In this document: in pieces, positions 51,621-60,509 of the stretch | Layout: the number at the start of each line of letters is the position of its first letter | How positions within the stretch are numbered: position 1 is the first letter of the stretch | DNA from: an uncultured Nitrospiraceae bacterium | GTDB taxonomy: Bacteria; Nitrospirota; Nitrospiria; Nitrospirales; Nitrospiraceae | Assembly: GCA_963846575.1 (NCBI GenBank) | Contig: CAWJWJ010000002.1 | Coordinates: forward strand, 2,752,001 to 2,816,000 | Direction: 5' to 3' | Length of the DNA stretch: 64,000 nucleotides | Made by a program: the position numbers and the translations under genes | Notes under the pieces: generated by a model | What the model was told of the DNA's origin: nothing | Databases searched by the model: none | Seen by the model: the letters and a program-made list of their open reading frames with translations, nothing else

Positions 51621-53342
51621 GTGACGAGGTCCAGGCCGACGATTTTTTTTGCACTCGTCCTGCTCGTGATCCTGACGCCGCCCTCCTACGGCGAAACGTG
51701 GCTCCCCCCGTCTCACCCTAAAGTCAAAGACGCGCTCACTATTTATGACCGCCTGGTCCGCACGATCGGTGACTCCCGCATGCCGCCGGATCTCCGCATG
51801 GTGGCGGGCAAGGCATCAAATTTCGATGTCGCGCTCTATTCGCCAAGCCGTCGAATCATCTATGTGGAGGAAGAGTTCTACGATCTCGTGCAGTCAGCCT
51901 TGCCATCGAGTTCTTCTCATGGGCTGGCCTTAATCCTGGGCCACGAACTGGCCCATTTCTATCGCAACCATGCCTGGGCAGAAGACTTCAACCGGGCCTT
52001 CGCCCGGCGTCAGACGGCCCCTCCGGAACAGGGCACGGCTCCGGCCGGACCCGTCCCGCCGGAAACGGCCTCGGAGCGGCGTCGCCTGGAGGCGGAGGCC
52101 GATTACTTCGCAGGTTTTTATGGGTACCTCGCCGGGCTCCCCACCGTCTCCGTTGCATCCCAACTGTTCGACAGCATCTACCTCCACTACCATTATGACC
52201 CCGCATTGCCGGCCTACGAGCATCTGCGGCAGCGGAAGGACACCGCCCGCGAGGCCCAACAAAAACTGCGGGCATTGATTCCCCTGTTCGAAGCCGGCGT
52301 GCAGTCCCTCCTGATCCAGGACTATGAAAGCGCGGGGCGCATCTTCACCCGCGTCGCGGCCGACTTCCCCAGCCCCGAAGTCCTGAGTAATGCGGCGGTA
52401 GCCGACCTGCTCGCCGCCCTGCAAGGGGAGAGCGAGACCGACCGACGGTTCATCTATCCGGTCGAAATCGATCCCGATACGCGCCTCAACGGCGAAACCA
52501 CTCGAGGGCAACTCGACCTGACTCCGGAAGAGCGTCTCGCACGGCGACACATGTTGTTGGAGCGGGCCAGACGGACACTCGAACAGGCGACGAGGATGCA
52601 TCCTTCCTATGCGGCTGCCCAGCTCAACCTGGCCTGCGTACTCGATTTGTTGGGCGACTATGAATCCGCGGCAACCGCGGCCGGCCAGGCCCTCCTGTTG
52701 AGCCGCGCACAGCATCTACCCGTTTCGATGGCCCACGCCAGGAACATCGCGGGGATCATCCTCGCCCATCAGGGCCACGTCGACGAGTCGATACGGGAAT
52801 GGCAACAGGCCGCAGACATGGGTGACCGGACAGCGGCCCATAATCTTGCTGCCAGGCGTGCTGCGACAGAGGGCGACGAGGGGATTGCGCCTGCGCCCCC
52901 CTCTCCTCCGGACCAGGTGAATGGCCTCAACATCGGGGACATCACGGCGAACGACTTTCTGCAGGCGGCCAACGTCCGCATCCTGGGGCGCTGGGACGAA
53001 GACGTGGACGGGACCCCGCCCCTCACCGTTCAGATGATCGAAAAGGCCGACACCCGTGTCACGGCCCTCGTCAGAGGGGCGGGACCCACGAGGTCAGTCG
53101 TCTTTTTTGCAAGCACCGGACGGGGGGCCGCCGGCGAAACCATCCGGGGAGTCAGGACGGGACAACCGGCAGAAGCGGTAGAACAGGCCTATGGTGCACC
53201 GACATCGACCTTGAACCTTCCACGGGGTCGTTACGTCGGGTATCACTCTGCCGTCGGAGAGGGAGAAGTCGGAGTCATTTTCCGATACAACGAGGACCAG
53301 ACGGTGCAGGAATGGGTGGCCTACCGAATCGAACGCGATTAA
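51621..53342 (+). CDS. exported M48-like zinc metallopeptidase with TPR repeats
   Basis: Signal peptide, ALILGHELAH (HExxH), LEAEAD third-ligand motif and TPR helices (AAAQLNLACV..GDYESA). Confidence 0.85.
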   Translation: MTRSRPTIFFALVLLVILTPPSYGETWLPPSHPKVKDALTIYDRLVRTIGDSRMPPDLRMVAGKASNFDVALYSPSRRIIYVEEEFYDLVQSALPSSSSHGLALILGHELAHFYRNHAWAEDFNRAFARRQTAPPEQGTAPAGPVPPETASERRRLEAEADYFAGFYGYLAGLPTVSVASQLFDSIYLHYHYDPALPAYEHLRQRKDTAREAQQKLRALIPLFEAGVQSLLIQDYESAGRIFTRVAADFPSPEVLSNAAVADLLAALQGESETDRRFIYPVEIDPDTRLNGETTRGQLDLTPEERLARRHMLLERARRTLEQATRMHPSYAAAQLNLACVLDLLGDYESAATAAGQALLLSRAQHLPVSMAHARNIAGIILAHQGHVDESIREWQQAADMGDRTAAHNLAARRAATEGDEGIAPAPPSPPDQVNGLNIGDITANDFLQAANVRILGRWDEDVDGTPPLTVQMIEKADTRVTALVRGAGPTRSVVFFASTGRGAAGETIRGVRTGQPAEAVEQAYGAPTSTLNLPRGRYVGYHSAVGEGEVGVIFRYNEDQTVQEWVAYRIERD

Positions 53343-53400
53343 GCAGGTGGAACCGGGTGGAACCAGCAGCCGGAACGGTTTGCACGAAGGTGCGGCAGAA

Positions 53401-53432
53401 GTCCCGGCAGCGGACGGTGCGGCTGCCGGGAC
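53401..53432. terminator. GC-rich hairpin between convergent transcription units
   Basis: GTCCCGGCAGC (53401-53411) pairs with GCTGCCGGGAC (53422-53432), a perfect 11-bp stem with a 10-nt loop. No clear U-tract. Confidence 0.5.
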
Positions 53433-53476
53433 ATCGGACGTTCATCGCCCGGAGTCGATAAGAACCCGGGCCAGTT

Positions 53477-54328
53477 TTAGAACCGGGCGATCACCTGAAA
53501 CGTGGGTCCCCAGGTGATGTCATTATTGGCTGTCGGGGCATTGTTGATATTGATGATCTGCGCGCGAAAGCCCACCTGAATCGCAGACCCGATCCGGCCG
53601 GCCCCCGTTTTCAGAGCGGGACCATCGAACGAAAGCCCCATCTCAGCCGAATATCCGGTGACGCCATTGGCGGTCACGCGGCTCTGTCCGCTGGCGTTGG
53701 AATTTTCGTCGTAAAAACCGAGGGCAAGATTCCCGTAGGCACTGACCGGTCCGGCGACTGCGCCCGACCCGAAGACACCGATGATCGGGCCGCTGATCCA
53801 GACGGATTCCTTGGCCGGAACGCTCAGGGTCAACGATTGGCCGCTGAAACGTTGTTGCATGTGATAGTAACCGCCGAAGATGCCGAACCCACGCCAGATG
53901 GAGAGAGCCGCGGAAATGGAATAATCACGGCGAGTGGCTGATGTATTGTCGGTTCGTCCCGGAAATCCCGGAGCCACATCGTTGCCGAAGGAACTGAAAT
54001 CAAATCCGCCGGCCTGCAGCCAGGTAAAATTGACGGAGAGCCGGTTCATGAACTCATCGTCGCGGAGTTTGAAGGAACCGGTCACGCTGGGGCCCATCAA
54101 GGCGGTCGTATCCGATGTCCGGGAGGCGCTGATGCCCCGCGCGAACCCGGCAGCCTGCCATTTGGCAACCCAAAATTTCATGCCCATATCAAGGGAAAAC
54201 CGGTCCCCCAGAATCCTGCGACTGGTCGCATCCGGATCCTCAGCCGCCGTGACAGGCGTAACCGACATCGTCGCCATCACGGTCATGACGAATACCATCG
54301 CAAATAGTGTCTTCCTCACAGGTGCCAT
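53477..54328 (-). CDS. outer-membrane beta-barrel protein
   Basis: Signal peptide, alternating amphipathic strands and C-terminal VIARF. GGAGGAGG RBS; start is 54328 or 54334. Confidence 0.72.
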   Translation of the reverse strand: MAPVRKTLFAMVFVMTVMATMSVTPVTAAEDPDATSRRILGDRFSLDMGMKFWVAKWQAAGFARGISASRTSDTTALMGPSVTGSFKLRDDEFMNRLSVNFTWLQAGGFDFSSFGNDVAPGFPGRTDNTSATRRDYSISAALSIWRGFGIFGGYYHMQQRFSGQSLTLSVPAKESVWISGPIIGVFGSGAVAGPVSAYGNLALGFYDENSNASGQSRVTANGVTGYSAEMGLSFDGPALKTGAGRIGSAIQVGFRAQIININNAPTANNDITWGPTFQVIARF

Positions 54329-54397
54329 GCGCATCCTCCTCCAGAAATTGTGCCCTTCCACGCGTTGACGTCATACGTACTCTGCGTTGCGCGCTCA

Positions 54398-55855
54398 TCA
54401 GAACCCCCCGACAAACGGCGGGGGAGATCCTTTCCGCGGCTTTTCTTCAGGCTCCGGGGCCTGCCCTCTGACGGGAGCCTCTTTTGCAATCCGTTCCGCC
54501 TCCCGTCTCCGAATCTGCTCCTGCTCCAAGGCACGCCGCGTGTCCGCCTCACGCTGTTGCTGCTCCGCCAGCAACCGCTCGAGTTCTTCACGCTGCTTCT
54601 TCTCCTCCGTCGCCCTGCGTCTGGCCTCTTCTTCAGCGCGGCGCTGCTCGGAGACAGTTCTTTGCCTGGCCGCCTGTTCTGCTGCCTCACCACCCCTCCG
54701 GGCGTCGGCTGCCTGTCGTTCCGCTTCCAGACGCTGCCGGTGTTCGTCCTCGAGTTGACGCTTGACGTCGGCCTCGTCACGGCGCTGCTTTTCCAACTGA
54801 CGCTCGAGTTCGACAAGGTGAGCCCGTTCCCGCTCCAGTTTTTCCTTGGCATCGGATTCGATCCTGCGACGGTCCTCGGCCAGACGCTCTAACTCTTTCT
54901 GCAGTTCCTGCTGCGCTTTATCCCGCTCCTGTCGAATGCCCTGCTCGGCTTTGGCACTTTGTTCTTGCAGGGCTTGTGCCGCAGACGCGAGTTGCAAAAT
55001 GAATTGTCCGCCCTCGTCATTGGCATTCTGGAGCGGCTGACTGCGCGGCATCTGATCGGCATTGCGGGCAACCAGCGGAATCACGCTGTCGGCAATACGG
55101 CTTGGAACCAGATACGGCTCCTCATTGTCCCGAAGAAACTTGAGGAGGTGATACGCAAACACACTATGCCCGTCCTTCCCCTGGTCGGCCACCGGCTCGG
55201 TGCTTCCGGAGGTGAACCCCCAGCGGGAACGTTTGGCATAGAGTTTCGCGTAGTACCGGTCGGTCAGGCGGGGAAGTATCGCGCGGGTTTGAGCAAAGAG
55301 CGAGCCGCTGAAACAAGAATCCGCGATCACATACACGTGGCGGGCACGCATGACGGCGACATAATTACGGATCGCGGCGTCGAGGATCCACGATCCGGGT
55401 TCGTCGATGTTTCCATCGACCGGAACCCACCAGGCCAACTGATTGTCATCACTGTATTGCCCGTGACCGGCGTAATAAATCAACACACTGTCGGCGGCAC
55501 CGGCCTCGCGCGCCAGTTTGACGAATGCGCCCTCGATGCGGCTTCTGGTCGCATCCGCGTTCAGCAACATTCTGATGCGCTCCGGCTTGAACCCGTAGCG
55601 TTCCACCAGCACGTCACGGATGCCCATCGCGTCCGCCACTGCGGTGTGCAACCTCGGGGCGCCTGAATACTCGTTGATTCCGACGATCAGGGCCCAATAC
55701 TGGCCCTCGATCGAGACCTCTCCGGGAACCGCCTTCAGAACGGGACTGGCTCCGCGCGCGGCCCCCTTATCCTGCCCGCCCCATCCAAGAGAGGGTGTCA
55801 GGGCGAGAGTAACTATGGCGAACAAGGCACCCAATCGAAGAGCTAAATTGGGCAT
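54398..55855 (-). CDS. exported caspase-like (C14) peptidase with long C-terminal E/R/Q/A coiled coil
   Basis: Signal peptide, WALIVGINEY, YYAGHG (His), IADSCFSG (Cys), ~170 aa of charged helix and a PPPFVGGF terminus. Confidence 0.92.
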   Translation of the reverse strand: MPNLALRLGALFAIVTLALTPSLGWGGQDKGAARGASPVLKAVPGEVSIEGQYWALIVGINEYSGAPRLHTAVADAMGIRDVLVERYGFKPERIRMLLNADATRSRIEGAFVKLAREAGAADSVLIYYAGHGQYSDDNQLAWWVPVDGNIDEPGSWILDAAIRNYVAVMRARHVYVIADSCFSGSLFAQTRAILPRLTDRYYAKLYAKRSRWGFTSGSTEPVADQGKDGHSVFAYHLLKFLRDNEEPYLVPSRIADSVIPLVARNADQMPRSQPLQNANDEGGQFILQLASAAQALQEQSAKAEQGIRQERDKAQQELQKELERLAEDRRRIESDAKEKLERERAHLVELERQLEKQRRDEADVKRQLEDEHRQRLEAERQAADARRGGEAAEQAARQRTVSEQRRAEEEARRRATEEKKQREELERLLAEQQQREADTRRALEQEQIRRREAERIAKEAPVRGQAPEPEEKPRKGSPPPFVGGF

Positions 55856-56102
55856 AGATCCCTCAACAATCGTCGCACAGGCTATTACGCGAATTGCCGG
55901 AGGAGGGCGAGTCTACAACAGCCGCTTACACCTTTCAATCGGGAGCATCTGCATGTCCGCCATGAGCTGATCGTGATGCCTGGGAGGGCCTGCTCATTCA
56001 TCAGACTTCGTTCAGAAATGTGCGACGGTCCATCGTTCCGGCCGGACAGTTAGTGAGGCCGACCGGAATACCAGGGTTTTCGAAAAGTCGCCCATCTCCG
56101 CA

Positions 56103-56132
56103 TTGACAAGAGGGAGTACTGAAAAATAGACT
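56103..56132 (+). promoter_or_regulatory. sigma70-type promoter for the WD40-caspase operon
   Basis: TTGACA (56103-56108), an 18-bp spacer and TAGACT (56127-56132). Confidence 0.55.
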
Positions 56133-56270
56133 ACGCCCTCCTGCGTATGGTTGAACCTATTCATCAGCACGCGCGACAGAAGGAAAGGCCACGAGCGAAG
56201 GGTCGCCTTTCTTCGGCATCCCGACCAGGATGAGAACGCAGAAGGCATCGGGTTTTGAAAGGGGGATTCC

Positions 56271-59200
56271 ATGCGCAGGTTTCGGTGGGCTCTCAGCGCG
56301 GCCCTCTCGATCCTGACCCTCGCCCCGGTCCCTCTGTCAGCCACTCTGCCTGATACCTCCCCCCGCCTTCTGAGCGGTCACAACAGCGAGATCCTCACCA
56401 TGGCCTATTCGCCGACCGGGCACCTCCTGGCCACGGCCGGCATCGACCAAACCATCAGGCTCTGGAACCCGGAAAGCGGACGGGACCAAAAGGTCCTTCG
56501 CGGCCACATGGGAGCCGTCCATGCGCTGGCGTTCTCACCGAACGGGAAATTCCTCGCCTCCGGAAGCGCGGATACGTCGATACGACTCTGGGACGTCGAC
56601 TCAGGGCAGCCGGTCCATGCCGTGACATCCAATTTCGGCGCGGTACGGGCCGTGACGTTTTCGGCGGACGGAAAAATGCTCGCCACCGGGGGCAACGACG
56701 GCAGCCTTCGATTCTGGGATGCGGCGAGCGGCAAGGAGATCCGGTCGGTTCGAGGCCAGTTCGGCATCGTGTACAGCATCGCCTTCTCCCCCGACGGCAC
56801 GACGGTCGCTACCGGAAGCAGCGACATGCGCGTTCACCTCTGGGACCTCGCCACGGGACGTCAACGCAGTCTCCTGACAGGCCATACCGGCGCCGTCTAC
56901 GGCGTCGCCTTTGCACCGGGAGGCCGGCTCCTTGCCAGCGCGTCAGGCGACGGCAGCGTCCGCATCTGGAACGCCGAGACAGATCAGGAACAGCTCACCC
57001 TCCTGGGCCACAAGGGAGAGGTTCATGCGATCGCCTTTTCACCCGACGGCCGTTCGCTGATTTCCGCCGGGGCCGATGGGTCGGTCCGTGTCTGGGACAT
57101 CGGCTCGGGACATGAACGTTACCAACTCACGGGCCATAAGGGAGCAGTCCGCGCGCTGGCCATTTCTCCCGACGGACTCGTCGTGGCCAGCGGAGGACGC
57201 GATAAGACCGCGCGGCTGCAACCAAGCGTGTCGGCGGCCGTCAACGCACTCCTGGCCGACAAGATCAAACAGCGGGGAAACGAGACCGGCGCCAGCCCCT
57301 CCCCGCCTCCCCTGCCCGAAGCGGAACTCGCCATCCGCCCGGTCGAACTGAAAGCGGGACAGCCGGTGACCCTGACCTTGAACGTGACCAACCGGGGGAA
57401 GGGACCGCTCTACCGGTTTCAGGCCAGGACACAGAGCGACGATCCCGCTCTGAACGGCATCCTGTTTTACCTCGGAAAACTCGACGGCGGGGAGAGCGCC
57501 GCCGACAGCGTCACTCTGCCGCTGCCGGCCGACCGCCCGGACGGCACCGTTCCCCTGTCCCTGTTGTTCGAAGAGTACAACGGGTTCGTGCCGGCGCCCT
57601 TGCAAGCCGCGCTGACAATCACGGGTCTTCCACGGCCGCGTTTTGCCTTTACTCATCAAGTGTTGGATGACGGCTCCGAAGAGTCGGTCGGCAACGGGGA
57701 CGGACGCATCCAGAAAGGCGAAGCCGTGGATGTGCTGCTGACGGTCAAGAATGTGGGTGCGGTTCCGGCCCAACAGACCACCGTCGATGTGAACCTCTCC
57801 TCCTCGAATGATGTGCGCCTCAGCCACTCCGTCATCGACTTCGGATCGCTCAAACCAGATGAGACGAAAACCGCCCGGGTGAATCTCTTCGTCAGCCGCA
57901 ACACCACACTCGACGATATCCCTCTTCGACTCCTCATCCGGGAACGGGGCATGAACGTCACGCTCGACGAAACGGTGACGCTGGCCATCGACCATCGTGC
58001 CGCCCCGCAAATCATGGCCACCAACAAACTCGTCGCGGTCGGAGAAGCATCCGCCAAAATCCACAGCGGAGCCGGGGCCGAAACCTCCGTCATCGCCTCG
58101 GCAGGGAAGGATCAGGCGCTGGCGGTGACGGGCGAACTGGGCGACTGGTTACGCGTGCAGATGACGGACAAGGAGGCCGGCTGGATCGCCAAACGTGACG
58201 TGCGTGACACCGCCCAACCGGCCAAAGGAGAGATGCCGGTGCCGGTCATCGCGGGCGCGCCGGTGATGAAACTCTTTCAAAACGCGCCGCCGGTCATCGC
58301 CCTGGCTTCGCCTTCCGACGGCGCGGAGGTCACCGCGGACAGGATCCTCCTCGCCGGCGCCGCCGCAAGCGAACGGGGCATCGCGCGGGTGGAGATTCGT
58401 GTGAACGGTCAATTGCTCACCCATCGCGAGGCGCGCGGGATTGCCGTCAGGCCTGACGCGCCGGCTTCCCAACCCAACCTGGAATTCTCAGAACGGCTGA
58501 CGCTCAAGGAAGGCAAAAACGACATTCTCGTCTCCGCGATCGACCGGGACAATCTCTCCACGCAACGCACCATCACCGTCATGCGGAACATGGATCGCGG
58601 GAAGGTCTGGGCGGTCGTGATCGGGATTTCCAAGTATAAGACGGTCCACCCGCTCCGGTACGCGGACCTCGATGCGCTGGCCTTCAATGAATATTTGACG
58701 CGCAATGTGGGCGTGCCGCCGGCGCAGATTACCCTGCTGCTCAACGAACAGGCCACGTTGACCAGCCTCAAGCGCACCCTGGGCACCGAACTGAAACGCA
58801 AAGCCGCGGAGAAGGACACCGTCATCATCTATTACGCCGGGCATGGCGCCCCCGAAGCGGATGCCTCAGCCTCCGACGACGACGGACTGGAGAAGTACAT
58901 CGTTCCCTACGATGCGGATCCGAAAGACCTCTATACCACCGGCCTGCCGATGCGCGAGGTCGAGACGATCTTTAACCGGTTGGCGCCGGAGCGCGTCATT
59001 TTTATCAGCGATTCCTGCTACAGCGGGGCGACCGCCGGACGTACCTTTGCCACCGCCTCGCGCCGAGCCATCGTCTCCGACACCTTCTTGAATCGATTGT
59101 CGAAGGGCAAGGGACGCATCGTCTTGAGCGCGAGCAAAGCCAGCGAGGTCAGCGAAGAGCGGGAGGATCTGGGCCACGGCGTCTTCACCTACTATCTGCT

Positions 59201-59366
59201 GGAAGGGTTGCGTGGCAGCGCCGACACCGATCAAGACGGCATCGTGACCGTGGACGAAGCCTACAGTTATGTCTCGAAGAAGGTGCCGGACGTGACCGGC
59301 CAGAATCAGCATCCCATTAAAAAGGGAGAAGTGGAAGGACAACTGGTGCTGGGACAGGTGAGGTAG
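56271..59366 (+). CDS. exported WD40-repeat / Ig-like / SH3-like / caspase-like (C14) protein
   Basis: Signal peptide, ~7 GH..WD repeats, a Pro-rich linker, two CARDB/Ig-like domains, an SH3b-like region (GDWLRVQ..GWI), an Ig domain and a C14 domain with YYAGHG and ISDSCYSG. Confidence 0.93.
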   Translation: MRRFRWALSAALSILTLAPVPLSATLPDTSPRLLSGHNSEILTMAYSPTGHLLATAGIDQTIRLWNPESGRDQKVLRGHMGAVHALAFSPNGKFLASGSADTSIRLWDVDSGQPVHAVTSNFGAVRAVTFSADGKMLATGGNDGSLRFWDAASGKEIRSVRGQFGIVYSIAFSPDGTTVATGSSDMRVHLWDLATGRQRSLLTGHTGAVYGVAFAPGGRLLASASGDGSVRIWNAETDQEQLTLLGHKGEVHAIAFSPDGRSLISAGADGSVRVWDIGSGHERYQLTGHKGAVRALAISPDGLVVASGGRDKTARLQPSVSAAVNALLADKIKQRGNETGASPSPPPLPEAELAIRPVELKAGQPVTLTLNVTNRGKGPLYRFQARTQSDDPALNGILFYLGKLDGGESAADSVTLPLPADRPDGTVPLSLLFEEYNGFVPAPLQAALTITGLPRPRFAFTHQVLDDGSEESVGNGDGRIQKGEAVDVLLTVKNVGAVPAQQTTVDVNLSSSNDVRLSHSVIDFGSLKPDETKTARVNLFVSRNTTLDDIPLRLLIRERGMNVTLDETVTLAIDHRAAPQIMATNKLVAVGEASAKIHSGAGAETSVIASAGKDQALAVTGELGDWLRVQMTDKEAGWIAKRDVRDTAQPAKGEMPVPVIAGAPVMKLFQNAPPVIALASPSDGAEVTADRILLAGAAASERGIARVEIRVNGQLLTHREARGIAVRPDAPASQPNLEFSERLTLKEGKNDILVSAIDRDNLSTQRTITVMRNMDRGKVWAVVIGISKYKTVHPLRYADLDALAFNEYLTRNVGVPPAQITLLLNEQATLTSLKRTLGTELKRKAAEKDTVIIYYAGHGAPEADASASDDDGLEKYIVPYDADPKDLYTTGLPMREVETIFNRLAPERVIFISDSCYSGATAGRTFATASRRAIVSDTFLNRLSKGKGRIVLSASKASEVSEEREDLGHGVFTYYLLEGLRGSADTDQDGIVTVDEAYSYVSKKVPDVTGQNQHPIKKGEVEGQLVLGQVR

Positions 59367-59426
59367 TCCCGCTCCATCGTATTTCTCGCACAGTCCGTTT
59401 CGTTGTCGATGTAAGGAGGCCATCAC

Positions 59427-60425
59427 ATGCAGCGTTTATCATTCATTATTCTATTTATCGTGTGCGGACATTTCGCAGTGCTGTCAGGCTGCGCGGAAGT
59501 CGAAGTCGTCAAGGCGCCGGTCGAAATTCCGTCCCGCATCTATACCGCCAATGAAAGCTCAAACGACGTCAGCGTGATCGACGCCACGACGTTCGCGTCG
59601 ATCGGAAGCATCGACTCGAAGAATCAATCGACTCACGACATCGCCGTCTCTCGCGACGGCCGCCGCATCTATGCCACCAACCTGGCCAGCGGCCGACTCT
59701 CGGTCATGGATGCCGGAACCATGGAAACGATCGCCTCAATCTATACGGGCCAGCGCTGCCACGTCGTCGCGCTCACCAACGACAACAAGCAGGCCTGGGT
59801 GGCGAATATCGGCGACAACAATATTTCGATCATCGATACGGACACGTTTCGCATTCTGGGAACCATTCCGACGGGCAAAGGCCCCACGGGCCTCACCTTC
59901 TCGCATGACGGCAAGTTCGCCTATGTCAGCACCTCGGGGGACAAGACCGTCAACATCATCGACACCGCCACCCACCAGATCGTGAAGGCCATCCCGGTCG
60001 GAGCCAACCCGCATTTTCTGGTCGTGGGCCCCCAGGGCTTCGTGTGGGGCACCAATACCGGAGGCACGGACATCTATGTGATCGATCCGGCCACACAGGA
60101 AATCGCCGGCACGTTGGAGGTCGGAGCGAAGCCGCAGCAGATCGCGTTCGGCTACAAGGGGATCCAAGGCCCCAACGTCTATGTGACGGTCGGCGGGCTC
60201 AACAAGGTGCTCGCAGTCCCTGCAGATCCCAAACACCTGAAAATCATCGATGAAATCAGCGTCGGCGAAGGGCCGAACGGTATCTGGGCCAACCCGGAAG
60301 GCACCCGCCTGTTCGTCGGTCACGACAAGGGCAATGACCTGCGCGTCATTGATACCGGCACGAGCCAGGTCATCGCCACGGTTCCCGTCGGGCGCAAGCC
60401 GATCCGGGTAGTCGTGTCACGATGA
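59427..60425 (+). CDS. YncE/YVTN-type beta-propeller lipoprotein
   Basis: Lipobox LSGC and repeated Y..N..S..VSVID..T...IATIPVG..P units. Confidence 0.9.
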   Translation: MQRLSFIILFIVCGHFAVLSGCAEVEVVKAPVEIPSRIYTANESSNDVSVIDATTFASIGSIDSKNQSTHDIAVSRDGRRIYATNLASGRLSVMDAGTMETIASIYTGQRCHVVALTNDNKQAWVANIGDNNISIIDTDTFRILGTIPTGKGPTGLTFSHDGKFAYVSTSGDKTVNIIDTATHQIVKAIPVGANPHFLVVGPQGFVWGTNTGGTDIYVIDPATQEIAGTLEVGAKPQQIAFGYKGIQGPNVYVTVGGLNKVLAVPADPKHLKIIDEISVGEGPNGIWANPEGTRLFVGHDKGNDLRVIDTGTSQVIATVPVGRKPIRVVVSR

Positions 60426-60509
60426 TTTCAGCAGCGGTCCGGCTGACAGGGGCCGGGCGATACGACGATTAACATCGACATCGGCATTCCAGGGGGCATG
60501 GAGGACTCT

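Noticed and set aside
56370..57220. Periodic nucleotide similarity at ~126-bp spacing
   Set aside because: It is explained by WD40 protein repeats and is not a CRISPR array or DNA repeat.
45779..59366. Interpreting the caspases as a gasdermin, NLR or CRISPR-linked anti-phage system
   Set aside because: I recognise no gasdermin, STAND NTPase, TIR or cas gene in the window, and all three proteases appear to have signal peptides. A defence role cannot be excluded, but it is not supported here.
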